A stretch of 53,378 nt of DNA, taken from assembly GCA_049969215.1 (NCBI GenBank), contig JBMFPH010000002.1:1-53378 (forward strand), read 5' to 3'. The translations under genes and the position numbers were made by a program. Positions 37,859 through 47,729 of the stretch are shown here, in pieces (positions within the stretch are counted from its first letter, which is position 1; each line of letters opens with the position of its first letter). Under the pieces are notes generated by a model that was given only the letters and a program-made list of their open reading frames with translations, had not been told where the DNA came from and did no database searches. This DNA is from Anaerolineae bacterium (GTDB lineage Bacteria; Chloroflexota; Anaerolineae; 4572-78; NAK82).

Positions 37859-38458
37859 ATGATCAGTCACCTGGGTAGCGAAGCATTCCGCCGTGTTTTG
37901 GATCCTGCCGACAACGCTACCGGTGGAGGAGCAGCTTGCGCTATTGCCGGGGCAATGGCAGCAGCATTGCTCGCGATGGCAGCGCGCCTCTCGGTTGACA
38001 GAGGACTGCCTCAGTCCGACACATTCTATACCACGGTGGCTGCCGAGGCGGAGGAGCTCTCACAACAACTGCTGGCCGGCGCTGATGCCGATGCCCAAGC
38101 GTTCGATGCAGTGCGCGCGGCCTATCGCTTACCTAAGTCAAGCGAAGCGCAGCGCTGCGATCGTTTCATAGCGATCCAAGCCGCTCTGGTGCACGCCACA
38201 CGCGTCCCCCTGACCAATGCCGAACATTGTCAGCGCGTTTTGCAATTGTGCCGCGCGCTGAGGGATCACTGTAACCCAAACGTAACCTCGGACTTGGAGT
38301 GTGCTGAGCTGTTGGCACAAGCAGGGCAGCAAGGATGTCTGTCGAATGTGGAAACCAACCTGCGCTCGATCAAAGATGCCGGTATGCGTGCAGAGCTCGC
38401 ACGTCGTGCGGAGCAATTGCGCCTAGGCGCTCAAACGCTCGGCGCCTTACCTCAATGA
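37859..38458 (+). CDS. cyclodeaminase/cyclohydrolase family protein (FTCD C-terminal-domain-like)
   Basis: ATGGGAACAIAGAMAAALLAMAARLS is typical of the formiminotetrahydrofolate cyclodeaminase domain. No obvious SD. Confidence 0.75.
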   Translation: MISHLGSEAFRRVLDPADNATGGGAACAIAGAMAAALLAMAARLSVDRGLPQSDTFYTTVAAEAEELSQQLLAGADADAQAFDAVRAAYRLPKSSEAQRCDRFIAIQAALVHATRVPLTNAEHCQRVLQLCRALRDHCNPNVTSDLECAELLAQAGQQGCLSNVETNLRSIKDAGMRAELARRAEQLRLGAQTLGALPQ

Positions 38459-38501
38459 GAAATTAGGATGCACACTTCATTCACGGTTGCGAGGTATTCG
38501 G

Positions 38502-39398
38502 GTGGCTGTCTTGATGTGTGTACCGAATATCAGCGAAGGGCGAGATACGACTGTTATTGAAACGGTGGCAGAGACAATCCGTGCTACCCCAGGGGTTAAG
38601 CTGCTGGATTACTCCGCCGATGTGCATCACAACCGCTCTGTGTTCACATTCCTAGGACAGCCCGAAGCGGTACTGCAAGCTGCTCAGTCGATCACCTGCG
38701 TTGCCCTGGAACGCATCGACATGCGACAACATCGTGGAGCTCATCCTCGCCTGGGCGCGGTTGATGTGGTGCCCTTTGTGCCAGTGCGAGGCATAGAGAT
38801 GCAAGCTGCTGTCGAGATTGCCCGTCGCTTTGGTCGCTTCGTCGGCGCACTAGGTATACCGGTGTACTATTACGAGGAAGCAGCAACACGCCCCGAACGG
38901 CGCAATTTGTCTGATATTCGCAGGGGGGAGTATGAAGGGTTACCCCAGAAGCTGCTTGACCCGCTATGGCAACCTGATGAGGGCCCCGCCGTGTTCAACC
39001 CTCAATCGGGAGCGCTGGTCACTGGAGCACGCTTCCCATTGATTGCTTTCAACGTCAATCTGCGCACCACAGACTTGAAAGTTGCCCAGCATATTGCCCG
39101 GGCCATACGTCACATCAACGGCGGCTACCGCTATGTGCGCGCCATCGCGTTAACACTGGAGGATCAGGGTATGGTGCAGGTTTCGATGAACCTGACCAAT
39201 TATACCCAGACGCCCATCTCGCGTGTGTTGGAAACCGTTCGTATGGAGGCGGCGCGTTTTGGTGTGAGTGTCGCCGGCAGTGAGCTGGTCGGTCCGCTGC
39301 CTTTGGGCGCTCTCGAGGAAGTGGTCAAATACTACTTGCAGGCACATAACTTCTCGTTGGATCAGGTCATTGAGACAGCGCTGATCCGGGAGGAGTAG
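38502..39398 (+). CDS. glutamate formimidoyltransferase (FTCD N-terminal-domain-like)
   Basis: CVPNISEGRD, HNRSVFTFLG, HPRLGAVDVVPFVP. Start is GTG 38502 (GAGG 7 nt upstream) or ATG 38514; the track gives TTG 38487. Confidence 0.8.
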   Translation: MAVLMCVPNISEGRDTTVIETVAETIRATPGVKLLDYSADVHHNRSVFTFLGQPEAVLQAAQSITCVALERIDMRQHRGAHPRLGAVDVVPFVPVRGIEMQAAVEIARRFGRFVGALGIPVYYYEEAATRPERRNLSDIRRGEYEGLPQKLLDPLWQPDEGPAVFNPQSGALVTGARFPLIAFNVNLRTTDLKVAQHIARAIRHINGGYRYVRAIALTLEDQGMVQVSMNLTNYTQTPISRVLETVRMEAARFGVSVAGSELVGPLPLGALEEVVKYYLQAHNFSLDQVIETALIREE

Positions 39399-39428
39399 TG
39401 ATATTTTCTACACTGAGGAGCATAGGCT

Positions 39429-40289
39429 ATGGAAAAGAGACTGTTAGGCCGTACCGGAGAAACGCTGAGCGTGGTAGGCTTTGGGGGTATTGTCGTGATG
39501 AACGAGGAACCTGAGGCGGCATGCCGCCTGGTGGCACAGGCAATCGATCGTGGCATCAATTACTTTGACGTTTCACCCAGCTATGGCAATGCCGAGGAAC
39601 GTTTGGGCCCTGCGCTGGAGCCCTATCGCAAATCGGTCTTCCTCGCATGCAAGACCAAGAAGCGCAACGCCAAAGAGGCCACCCAATTCCTACACGCCTC
39701 ACTCAAACGCCTTCGCACCGATTACTTCGACCTGTATCAGCTGCATGAGGTGAGAACCCTTGAGGAAGTCGAAGAGATCTTCGCGCCAGGCGGTGCGATG
39801 GAGGCCTTTGTCAAGGCGCGCGAGCAAGGATTGACGCGCTACCTGGGCTTCTCCGCCCACTCGGAGGAAGCAGCCTTGGCACTGATGGAACGTTTTGATT
39901 TCGACACGATCCTATTCCCGATCAACTATGTAGTATGGTACAGGAGCTCCTTCGGACCACGTGTGATCGAGGAAGCTCACAAGCGCGGGATGGGCATTCT
40001 GGCGATCAAGTCGCTTGCCAAGCGGCTGTGGGGTAAGGATGAGTCGCGCAAATGGCCAAAGTGTTGGTATTCGCCGGTCGAAAGTTATGAGGAAGCTACC
40101 CTCGCGCTGCGTTTCACCATGTCGCAGCCTGTCACTGCTGCCGTGAGCCCCAGCCATGCCGAATTCCTGTGGTGGATGTGCGACATTGCCGAGCACCTGA
40201 CCCCACTCTCTGCAGATGAATACCAACAGCTAGAACGGATAAGTAACGGTCTGGAGCCAGTGTTTCCTATTCCGCCTGAGTTCTGGTGA
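39429..40289 (+). CDS. aldo/keto reductase
   Basis: MEKRLLGRTGETLSVVGFGG..., YFDVSPSYGNAEE, DYFDLYQLH. Confidence 0.8.
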   Translation: MEKRLLGRTGETLSVVGFGGIVVMNEEPEAACRLVAQAIDRGINYFDVSPSYGNAEERLGPALEPYRKSVFLACKTKKRNAKEATQFLHASLKRLRTDYFDLYQLHEVRTLEEVEEIFAPGGAMEAFVKAREQGLTRYLGFSAHSEEAALALMERFDFDTILFPINYVVWYRSSFGPRVIEEAHKRGMGILAIKSLAKRLWGKDESRKWPKCWYSPVESYEEATLALRFTMSQPVTAAVSPSHAEFLWWMCDIAEHLTPLSADEYQQLERISNGLEPVFPIPPEFW

Positions 40290-40338
40290 TGCATATCGCT
40301 CAGGCACATACTGGCTGAGTAAACTATAGATGTTCTTG

Positions 40339-40378
40339 ATAAATCAGAAAGGCGCCAAATGGCACCTTTCTGATTTAT
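40339..40378. terminator. bidirectional hairpin terminator between convergent genes
   Basis: ATAAATCAGAAAGGCGCC-aaat-GGCACCTTTCTGATTTAT: 18-bp stem with one C/A mismatch and A/T-rich flanks on both sides. Confidence 0.7.
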
Positions 40379-40425
40379 CCTCCAGCCAGATTTTTTGCCC
40401 TTCTACATCGGGAGCAGTGGCGGCA

Positions 40426-43400
40426 TCATTTGGATTTCCCTTTGCTCGCTTTGCTCTCCTCCGGGGGTGCCGAGATCGTCACCACACGCCAAGCCTGACC
40501 ACTTAGGCCCTTGTCATCCGTAACGGTCAACACCACCGTGTAGGTGCCCGGTAGCTCGTAGATCTTGGTCACCTCCGGGTCATAGGCCACCGTGCCATCC
40601 CCAAAGTCCCAGACATATTGCACAATGGTGCCATCGCTGTCATTCGACGTGGCGCCGCTAAAAGCGAGCGGTTGTTGCGGTGGCCCACCCGCCAGGCCGG
40701 CACCGCTGATGACCGCCGTCGGAGGCACATTATCGGGTGGTGGCGGCTCAATCGTGATGGGATGCAGAGCTTGGCCGGTTGCACCCGCATTGTCGGTCAC
40801 TGTCAGCGTGATCGTGTAGACCCCCGTTTGTGTGTATACCTTATTGACTGTTACGCCGTTCCAAGCGCTGCCGTCGCCGAAGTTCCAAGCGTAGTGAACG
40901 ATGCTTCCATCCGGGTCAACTGAACCGCTGCCATCGAGGGCCAACAGCATGCCCACCTGCGCTTGAGGTGGCGCCGCGATAACAGCCACCGGCGGCTGGT
41001 TCGGCACCGGGGTGGGCGTGGGTTGCTCAATCACCACCTGCCACATCCCCTGCCCAGTCAAACCACCACCATCCGTCACCGTCAGCAACACTGTGTACGT
41101 GCCGGACTGACCATAGGCGTGCTGCACCACCGGGCCACTCGCACTCGTACCATCGCCGAAGTCCCAAGCATAGGCCGTGACCGTGCCATCCGGATCATAC
41201 GAGCCACTCCCATCGAAGGTGAGCACTTCACCCACCAGCCCGCTCGCCGGCCCGGTAATTTGCACCAGTGGCGGTTGACCAGGCGTCGCCGTGGGCTCGG
41301 GTGTCCACGTTGCCGTCGGTGTATCCGTCGGCTCTGGCGTCCAAGTCGGCGTAGGCGTGGCGCTAGGTGTCAGTGTCCCTGTAGGTGTAGGCTCAGGCGT
41401 CCAGGTTGCCGTCGGTGTATCCGTCGGCACCGGCGTCCAAGTGGCTGTGGACGTCCATGTCGGGGTGAAGGTCGGGCCAGGTGTCGATGTCGCTGTAGGT
41501 GTCGGTGTGGGCGTGGGCGTCGGCGTAGGCGACACGATATCCACGCGCAGTGCGGCAGTCGCCACCATACCCTCGCTGTCAACCACCAACAGCGTCACCT
41601 GGTAAATAGCCGGGTTACTGTATACATGATTGACTACGATGCCTTCTGCTGTGTTTCCATCACCAAAGTCCCAATGATACCGGACAATTTGCCCATCTGG
41701 ATCATACGAGTTCGCTGCACTAAAGGTGAGCAGCTGTCTCACTTGGGCACTGGTGGGTCCGCTGATGATCGCCCGCGGTGACTGTCCCATAGCGCCGATG
41801 TGGACGGTCGTCTGGGCAAACCCGTGTCCACCATCTTTGTCCGTGACAGTCACCGTGGCAACATAAGTGCCCGGACCGTTATAGACGTGGCTTACCACGG
41901 CACCACTGCCCTGTAGGCCGTCGCCGAAATCCCAGCGGTAGCTCAAGGTAGTCTGATCAACCGGGCTGGGGTCATACGCCGATGCCGAGAGGGTCACCGG
42001 CTGTCCTACACGACCGGAGTAAGGACCGCCAGCGAACGCAATAGGTGGCACATTACGCACATCCACACGGGTGATGGCCAGATCTGTAGCACCACGGTCG
42101 TCTGCCACGCGTAGCCCAACAAGTAAGGAAGCAGGACCATCCGGGAAAGAAGTGCTCACAAGGGGTCCACTGCCAATCACGTTGATGGTACGTCCATCGG
42201 TGGTGGTGCCCCACTGATAGAGGACAATGCGCCCGTCTTCGTCGCGTGAGGCGGTGCCATCCAAGATCAGTTCAGATCCCTCATCCACGACATAAGGTCC
42301 ACCTGGGTTCGCCTTCGGTGGTCTGTTGGATGGTTGTCCTTGGCCTGTGTCAATGCGCTCCCAACGCAGTGTCACCAGAGCATCGCCGGTGCGCTCGTAG
42401 TATTCCAGCCGCAGACGGTGAATGCCTGCACCAAGGGAACGCTCAGCACGTAATAGACGAGCGCCGCCGTCGCGCCAATCGTCTATCAGCAACTGGTCGT
42501 CAACCCACAGGCGCGCGCCATCGTCCACGCGCACACCGAACCGATAGGTGCCACTCTCAAAGCCGATCTGGCGCGTCCAACGTGCTGAGAAGTTGTCGGC
42601 CGGCACTCCCGGCCCAGGCGAGCCCTGACCCCAGTTGTAATTGATATCCACCTCATTGCGTACCAGCACGGGATTGCCCCCCAGGTTGGGGTTGTTGTAA
42701 TACTCCGCCTTCCAATCTGGATACGACTCGATCCGTTCCCACATCAGTTGGATCAACGCATTGCCGGTCCATTCGAAGTATTCAACACGCAGGTGGTGGG
42801 GCCCCTCACTCAAAGTGACATCGGCAGCATAAAGGGCTGGTGCGCTTTCGTGCCACTGATCGATCACCAGATTGCCATCTATCCACAGTCGAACACCGTC
42901 ATCCACACGCACATAGAAACGGTATGTACCAGCAGGGAACCCAATGGTGCGCGTCCAACGTACTGAGAAGCGATCCAGTGGCACGTTGGAAGCAGGAGAG
43001 CCAGCTCCCCAGTCAAAGTTAATGGCTGGATCGTTGCGCACCAGAACAGGTGAACCACTCAAGGCAGGATTGTTGAAATACTCTCCGCCCCAGTCGGTTA
43101 TAACAGAAGGTGTGGGAGGCGGAGGCACTACGGTAGGTAGAGGCAAAGGTGGAGTTGGTTGCTGTGGGGGTGGTGGTGTTGCTACCACCGGCACATAGCT
43201 CACATCCTCAGCTGTCACATATTGCCCTGCCACCCAACCGCGCTCACCGGGAACACCAGGGAAGGCAATCTGCCACCAGCTCCCTTCGGCATTGCGCCCG
43301 GTCACCGGAGCTGTCTGTCCTGCTGCTAATAGACCTAAGGAGGGATAGTGTGTGCCTGGACCGCTGCGCACATTGAGGTCTGTATTGGCGGTGATCCTTG

Positions 43401-43953
43401 GGTTGCCTGGCTGTACCGGAGTCGCTGGCGCAGGAGTGGTGATGGTCACTGCTACGGTGGGCGTCAGAGTCGGTGTGGCAGCCACCGTCGGTGTCGGTGT
43501 CTCCACAGCCGGCTCTAAATTAAATGGAGTCTGGGCGGTTAATCCACCGCCCACCACCTGGGCGACTACCGTCGCAACGCCCGGAGTGCGCCACTTCGCA
43601 TCACTGGGAATGGTGAACTGAGTGTCAAAGTGACCTTGGGTGTCGGTCAGATTACCCGCCATCGCATAGCTAGGCAGCGCGGTCTCGCCGGGTGCCAACA
43701 GATAGATGAGCACCATGGTTTCTGAAGGCCAGTTCGCACCTCGCACAGTGACGGAGGTGCCCGGCGGGCCAGCCGTTGGCTCGACCGTGATGGTGGGCAC
43801 CCCAGTCAACACCTCGGGCGGCCTTGCTAACCCAATCCGACTCACGACCAAGACGGCCACCAAGACAGCTGCGATTACCACCAGTGCCCAGACGGTAACC
43901 ACAGCGATCACAATGAGCTTGTTTTCCTTCAGGTATTGGATCAAATCTTGCAT
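40426..43953 (-). CDS. large membrane-anchored surface protein: SH3b, 2x PA14, ~6x PKD, Thr/Pro linkers
   Basis: N-terminal [27 protein letters not shown]; SH3b-like [11 protein letters not shown]...GWVAGQYV; two PA14 repeats (YFNNPALSG.../YYNNPNLGG...); PKD signatures WDFGDG/WNFGDG five times plus one degenerate copy; TPTPTP linkers. RBS GAGGAGG. Confidence 0.85.
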   Translation of the reverse strand: MQDLIQYLKENKLIVIAVVTVWALVVIAAVLVAVLVVSRIGLARPPEVLTGVPTITVEPTAGPPGTSVTVRGANWPSETMVLIYLLAPGETALPSYAMAGNLTDTQGHFDTQFTIPSDAKWRTPGVATVVAQVVGGGLTAQTPFNLEPAVETPTPTVAATPTLTPTVAVTITTPAPATPVQPGNPRITANTDLNVRSGPGTHYPSLGLLAAGQTAPVTGRNAEGSWWQIAFPGVPGERGWVAGQYVTAEDVSYVPVVATPPPPQQPTPPLPLPTVVPPPPTPSVITDWGGEYFNNPALSGSPVLVRNDPAINFDWGAGSPASNVPLDRFSVRWTRTIGFPAGTYRFYVRVDDGVRLWIDGNLVIDQWHESAPALYAADVTLSEGPHHLRVEYFEWTGNALIQLMWERIESYPDWKAEYYNNPNLGGNPVLVRNEVDINYNWGQGSPGPGVPADNFSARWTRQIGFESGTYRFGVRVDDGARLWVDDQLLIDDWRDGGARLLRAERSLGAGIHRLRLEYYERTGDALVTLRWERIDTGQGQPSNRPPKANPGGPYVVDEGSELILDGTASRDEDGRIVLYQWGTTTDGRTINVIGSGPLVSTSFPDGPASLLVGLRVADDRGATDLAITRVDVRNVPPIAFAGGPYSGRVGQPVTLSASAYDPSPVDQTTLSYRWDFGDGLQGSGAVVSHVYNGPGTYVATVTVTDKDGGHGFAQTTVHIGAMGQSPRAIISGPTSAQVRQLLTFSAANSYDPDGQIVRYHWDFGDGNTAEGIVVNHVYSNPAIYQVTLLVVDSEGMVATAALRVDIVSPTPTPTPTPTPTATSTPGPTFTPTWTSTATWTPVPTDTPTATWTPEPTPTGTLTPSATPTPTWTPEPTDTPTATWTPEPTATPGQPPLVQITGPASGLVGEVLTFDGSGSYDPDGTVTAYAWDFGDGTSASGPVVQHAYGQSGTYTVLLTVTDGGGLTGQGMWQVVIEQPTPTPVPNQPPVAVIAAPPQAQVGMLLALDGSGSVDPDGSIVHYAWNFGDGSAWNGVTVNKVYTQTGVYTITLTVTDNAGATGQALHPITIEPPPPDNVPPTAVISGAGLAGGPPQQPLAFSGATSNDSDGTIVQYVWDFGDGTVAYDPEVTKIYELPGTYTVVLTVTDDKGLSGQAWRVVTISAPPEESKASKGKSK
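41294..41442. repeat. 96-bp-period direct repeat inside the Thr/Pro linker coding region
   Basis: A ~53-nt block (..GTTGCCGTCGGTGTATCCGTCGGC..GGCGTCCAAGT) occurs at 41294-41346 and 41390-41442. It encodes the repeated [13 protein letters not shown]. Confidence 0.7.
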
Positions 43954-43989
43954 CCGCTTTCCCTCCTCGGCACACCCTTTGGCACACTC

Positions 43990-44017
43990 ATTATACCCGC
44001 ACTTTCTTTATTGTAAA
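43990..44017 (-). promoter_or_regulatory. strong sigma70-type promoter of the surface-protein gene
   Basis: On the minus strand: TTTACA (44017-44012), 16-nt spacer, TATAAT (43995-43990), about 37 nt upstream of ATG 43953. Confidence 0.55.
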
Positions 44018-44099
44018 GTACGGGAGTTGGAGGCATGTCAAAAAGCTCTTGACATTCTGTGTTCTTATGACGTTGCCTAGCTCACTTTGGTTCCCCTAA

Positions 44100-44435
44100 A
44101 TATCACAAAGGTCTTGCCAGCCAAGATCGCTTTCCGTCACGCTTGTCTGCTGAGAAGCAGGCCCCCGTCTGGCTGATTCCCGGGGGTGGGTTCTCCGTGG
44201 GTATGAGGTAGCATTCTCGCGATACTCTTACCTCCTGTTTCCCTACCCCTACATGACGCACCGCAAAGCCCACCAATATGATCCCAACCGTGAGGGAGCG
44301 GTGACATAGCCGTGCGCTCACGCGCACGACCCAGTTGGCTGCATCTTCTGTGGAAAACAGACCATAAGGACAGCAACTCGGGTGTTTCTCAGTGTTCTCG
44401 CTCTCCAGTTCTTGGACGGTAGGGCATTGTGATAT
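44100..44435. other. orphan highly structured ~336-bp element (candidate large ncRNA or MITE-like element)
   Basis: Terminal 9-bp inverted repeat ATATCACAA (44100-08) / TTGTGATAT (44427-35) and many internal helices (listed in findings). Lies between two outward-facing promoters; class not recognised. Confidence 0.35.
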
Positions 44436-44442
44436 ATGGCAC

Positions 44443-44471
44443 TTGATTCGCTCCAGTGCGTGTGGTATGAT
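44443..44471 (+). promoter_or_regulatory. sigma70-type promoter of the acyl-CoA carboxylase operon
   Basis: TTGATT (44443-48), 17-nt spacer, TGgTATGAT with TATGAT at 44466-71. Confidence 0.5.
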
Positions 44472-44541
44472 GCGTGCGGTGAGAGAAGAGACAGGGCACA
44501 ACGAACCGACTGGTTAAGTGTTTTGTACATTTGGCAGATGC

Positions 44542-44609
44542 AAAGGTGACCGATGCGACGAGACACCTATCTGCCGGGCGGCGCCGTCAAGGTCACCTTT
44601 ATTGTTCCG
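44542..44609 (+). promoter_or_regulatory. leader hairpin / possible attenuator in the carboxylase 5' UTR
   Basis: AAAGGTGACC (44542-51) pairs with GGTCACCTTT (44591-600) around a 39-nt GC-rich insert. Followed by ATTGTT. Confidence 0.35.
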
Positions 44610-44647
44610 CCAGAGTAGTTTAACCCCAAGAAAGGTTGGGAGGGACA

Positions 44648-46198
44648 ATGAGCCTGACCCCTTCGATAAAACGCTTACGCGAGATGAAAGTCCTGAGCAG
44701 GCAAGGAGGCGGGCCAGAGCGCATTGAACGCCAGCACAAGGCGGGTAAGCTCACCGCTTACGAACGGCTGGAACTTCTTTTGGATGAGGGATCCTTCCGC
44801 GAGATTGACTGTTTCGTGACCCACCGCGCCACCGGTTTTGGAATGGAGAGGTACAAACCTTTGGGCGACGGAGTGGTGACAGGATACGGCACCATTGACG
44901 GGCGATTGACGTTTGTGTTTGCCCAGGACTTCACCGTTATGGGGGGCAGCTTAGGACGTGCCCATGCGGATAAGATTTGCAAAGTGCTGGACTTAGCGAT
45001 GAAAAACGGCGCGCCCGTGATTGGTCTGAACGACTCCGGCGGCGCCCGCATTCAGGAAGGAGTGGTGGCGCTGGGGGGATACGGTGATATCTTTTTGCGC
45101 AATGTCATGGCCAGCGGTGTCATCCCTCAGATTTCTTGTATCATGGGACCTTGTGCAGGTGGTGCCGTCTACTCCCCAGCTGTGATGGATTTCATTGTCA
45201 TGGTAAAGGGTACCAGTTACATGTTTGTCACTGGCCCCGACGTGGTAAAGGCAGTCACGGGGCAGGAGGTTTCATTTGAGGAGCTGGGGGGCGCATGGAT
45301 GCACAACACGGAAAGCGGTGTGGCCCATTTCATCGCCGAAAACGAGGAGGACGCGATCTACATCCTGCGGCGGCTGATGAGCTTCTTACCCCAAAACAAT
45401 ATGGAAGATCCACCTGTTATCCCTTGCCGCGATGATCCTCTGCGCACCGACGATAGCTTGAACACAATCGTCCCGGATGATCCTACCCAGCCTTACGACA
45501 TGAAACGTGTGGTGTACACTGTGGTGGATAATGGTGATTTCTTGGAAGTTATGGAGCATTTTGCCCCTAATCTGATCGTGGGATTCGCGCGTCTAAACGG
45601 AAGGCCGGTGGGTATTGTTGCATCTCAGCCTGGTGTGTTGGCGGGTGCTCTAGATAACAATGCCTCGATTAAGGGGGCTCGTTTCGTACGCTTCTGTGAT
45701 GCATTTAACATCCCCATTATCACCTTCGAGGATGTGCCCGGCTTTCTGCCTGGCCTAGATCAAGAACATGGAGGCATCATCCGCAACGGCGCCAAATTGC
45801 TGTATGCCTATTGCGAGGCCACCGTGCCCAAGATCACAGTGATCACGCGTAAAGCGTACGGGGGCGCCTACATCGTGATCTCCAGCAAGCACATTCGTGG
45901 TGATGTCAACTTAGCCTGGCCAAGCGCTGAGATCGCCGTAATGGGCGCGGAAGGCGCCATCAATATCCTATACCGTCAGGAGCTGGCTGAAGCGGATGAC
46001 CCGGAGCGTCTGCGCGCTGAGCTCATCGAGGAGTACCGCACTACTTTCGCCAATCCCTACGTCGCAGCGAGCTGGGGATACCTGGATGACGTGATCGAAC
46101 CCAGCCACACCCGTCCACGCCTGATTAATGCCCTAGAGATGCTCCAAAATAAACGGGATCAGAATCCCCCGAAGAAGCACGGCAATATCCCGTTATAA
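44648..46198 (+). CDS. pccB: acyl-CoA carboxylase carboxyltransferase (beta) subunit, propionyl-CoA carboxylase-like
   Basis: Carboxyl_trans blocks [53 protein letters not shown] 44648 preceded by GGGAGGGA. Confidence 0.9.
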   Translation: MSLTPSIKRLREMKVLSRQGGGPERIERQHKAGKLTAYERLELLLDEGSFREIDCFVTHRATGFGMERYKPLGDGVVTGYGTIDGRLTFVFAQDFTVMGGSLGRAHADKICKVLDLAMKNGAPVIGLNDSGGARIQEGVVALGGYGDIFLRNVMASGVIPQISCIMGPCAGGAVYSPAVMDFIVMVKGTSYMFVTGPDVVKAVTGQEVSFEELGGAWMHNTESGVAHFIAENEEDAIYILRRLMSFLPQNNMEDPPVIPCRDDPLRTDDSLNTIVPDDPTQPYDMKRVVYTVVDNGDFLEVMEHFAPNLIVGFARLNGRPVGIVASQPGVLAGALDNNASIKGARFVRFCDAFNIPIITFEDVPGFLPGLDQEHGGIIRNGAKLLYAYCEATVPKITVITRKAYGGAYIVISSKHIRGDVNLAWPSAEIAVMGAEGAINILYRQELAEADDPERLRAELIEEYRTTFANPYVAASWGYLDDVIEPSHTRPRLINALEMLQNKRDQNPPKKHGNIPL

Positions 46199-46212
46199 GG
46201 GCAAGGTGTACG

Positions 46213-47709
46213 ATGCTCAAAAAGGTGCTAGTCGCCAATCGCGGCGAAATTGCGGTGCGTATTATGCGAGCTTGCCAGGAAATGGGTCTGTCCACGGTGG
46301 CGGTCTACTCGGAAGCGGATCGCACCGCGCCTCATGTGCGGCAGGCACAAGAAGCGTACTGCGTCGGCCCTGCGCCTGCTATCGAAAGTTATCTGCGCAT
46401 CGATCGCATCATCGATGTTGCCAAGAAAGCACAGGTCGATGGCATCCATCCAGGTTACGGTTTTCTGGCCGAAAATCCCGAGTTTGCCCAAGCTGTCCTT
46501 GATGCCGGGCTCATTTGGATTGGACCACCTCCAGCGGCAATGCGCATGATGGGCGACAAAACAGTGGCGCGAAATGCTATGGAAGCAGCCGGTATTCCTA
46601 TCATCCCTGGGGTACAGGAAACCTTCCATGATGACGACTTGGCGGCGAAATGTGCCGCTATCGGCTTTCCCTTGTTGGTAAAGGCGGCAGCAGGTGGTGG
46701 TGGCAAAGGCATGCGTCGGGTTGACACACCGGAGGAACTACCGGAAGCGATTCGCCTCGCCCGTAACGAGGCGCGTGCTGCTTTCGGGGATGATCGCGTG
46801 TATCTGGAGAAGATGCTGGATACCATCCGGCACATCGAATTCCAAATCCTGGCCGACCAACATGGTAATGTCATCCATCTCGGCGAGCGTGAGTGTTCCA
46901 TCCAGCGACGCCACCAAAAGCTGATCGAAGAGGCACCCTCGCTTGCTCTCGATGATGATCTGCGCAGGCGTATGGGAGAGACAGCGGTGCAGGTGGCCAA
47001 ACACGCGGGTTATGTCAATGCTGGTACAGTCGAATTCCTCTTAGACCAGGACAACCGTTTCTACTTCCTGGAAATGAACACACGGTTACAGGTTGAGCAC
47101 GCCGTGACCGAGATGGTGACCGGCGTCGATATTGTCAAAGAGATGTTGCGCATCGCCGCTGGCCGCAAATTACGCTATACTCAGGAAGATATAGACATCA
47201 ACGGATGGTCGATCGAGTGTCGTATCCTGGCCGAAGATCCCTATCACAACTTCATGCCCTCCACAGGTGAGATCGTAGGGCTCTGGGAACCGACTGGACC
47301 AGGGGTGCGTTTGGAGAGCGGCATCTATCAGGGGATGCAAATCACCCCGTATTACGACTCGTTGATCGCCAAGCTGATCGTCTGGGGCGAGACGCGTGCC
47401 GAGGCTATCTTGCGCATGCGCCGTGCGTTGGTAGAGTATCAGATTATGGGGGTCAAGACAACCATCCCGTTCCACATCCAGGTGATGAATAGCACACGCT
47501 ATCAGGGAGGTCAATTGGATACACGCTTCCTGGAGAACCATTTCACCATCGAACAAACGGTACAACCTAACATACCGGAGGTGGCTGCCATTGCAGCCAC
47601 CTTGTTTGCTCATCAACGTACCCAGCAAGCAACGCTGCTGCACCAAGACCGGCTCAGTCCTTGGAAGATCGCAGCACGCCGTTCTGCGCTGCGCCAGCCT
47701 CTGCGTTGA
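46213..47709 (+). CDS. accC: biotin carboxylase subunit
   Basis: MLKKVLVANRGEIAVRIMRAC, GYGFLAEN, KAAAGGGGKGMR, NTRLQVEH. 498 aa. Confidence 0.9.
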   Translation: MLKKVLVANRGEIAVRIMRACQEMGLSTVAVYSEADRTAPHVRQAQEAYCVGPAPAIESYLRIDRIIDVAKKAQVDGIHPGYGFLAENPEFAQAVLDAGLIWIGPPPAAMRMMGDKTVARNAMEAAGIPIIPGVQETFHDDDLAAKCAAIGFPLLVKAAAGGGGKGMRRVDTPEELPEAIRLARNEARAAFGDDRVYLEKMLDTIRHIEFQILADQHGNVIHLGERECSIQRRHQKLIEEAPSLALDDDLRRRMGETAVQVAKHAGYVNAGTVEFLLDQDNRFYFLEMNTRLQVEHAVTEMVTGVDIVKEMLRIAAGRKLRYTQEDIDINGWSIECRILAEDPYHNFMPSTGEIVGLWEPTGPGVRLESGIYQGMQITPYYDSLIAKLIVWGETRAEAILRMRRALVEYQIMGVKTTIPFHIQVMNSTRYQGGQLDTRFLENHFTIEQTVQPNIPEVAAIAATLFAHQRTQQATLLHQDRLSPWKIAARRSALRQPLR

Positions 47710-47729
47710 GCGGGTGAGAGGATCGCAGA

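Noticed and set aside
41290-41530. Repeat-spacer-like periodicity that could be mistaken for a CRISPR array
   Set aside because: There are only two long repeat copies, the period is 96 bp, and the region lies entirely within an open reading frame encoding TP-rich linker. No cas genes are present.
40963-41781. 272-aa Arg-rich plus-strand ORF and other plus-strand ORFs antisense to the surface-protein gene
   Set aside because: These are the mirror frame of Thr/Pro-rich (ACN/CCN) coding sequence. They have no start context and extreme Arg/Cys composition. The minus-strand frame has clear PA14/PKD domains.
44100-44435. RNase P RNA, tmRNA, SRP RNA, cobalamin or c-di-AMP (ydaO) riboswitch as the identity of the structured element
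   Set aside because: Its size and closing helix first suggested RNase P. However, GGAAAGUCC (P4), the tmRNA 5' GGGG / 3' CCACCA ends with T-arm, the SRP GNRA domain IV motif and a B12 box are all absent on both strands. Only loose fragments such as GGUAAGAG and AAGCGU match.
44103-44501. 132-aa minus-strand ORF and two overlapping minus-frame ORFs (44137..44376, 44318..44566) in the large intergenic gap
   Set aside because: No RBS. The Cys/Arg-rich peptide is low-complexity-like with no recognisable motif. All three minus frames are open at once, which is a composition effect. The ORF would start inside the carboxylase promoter. The region is better explained as structured non-coding DNA/RNA.
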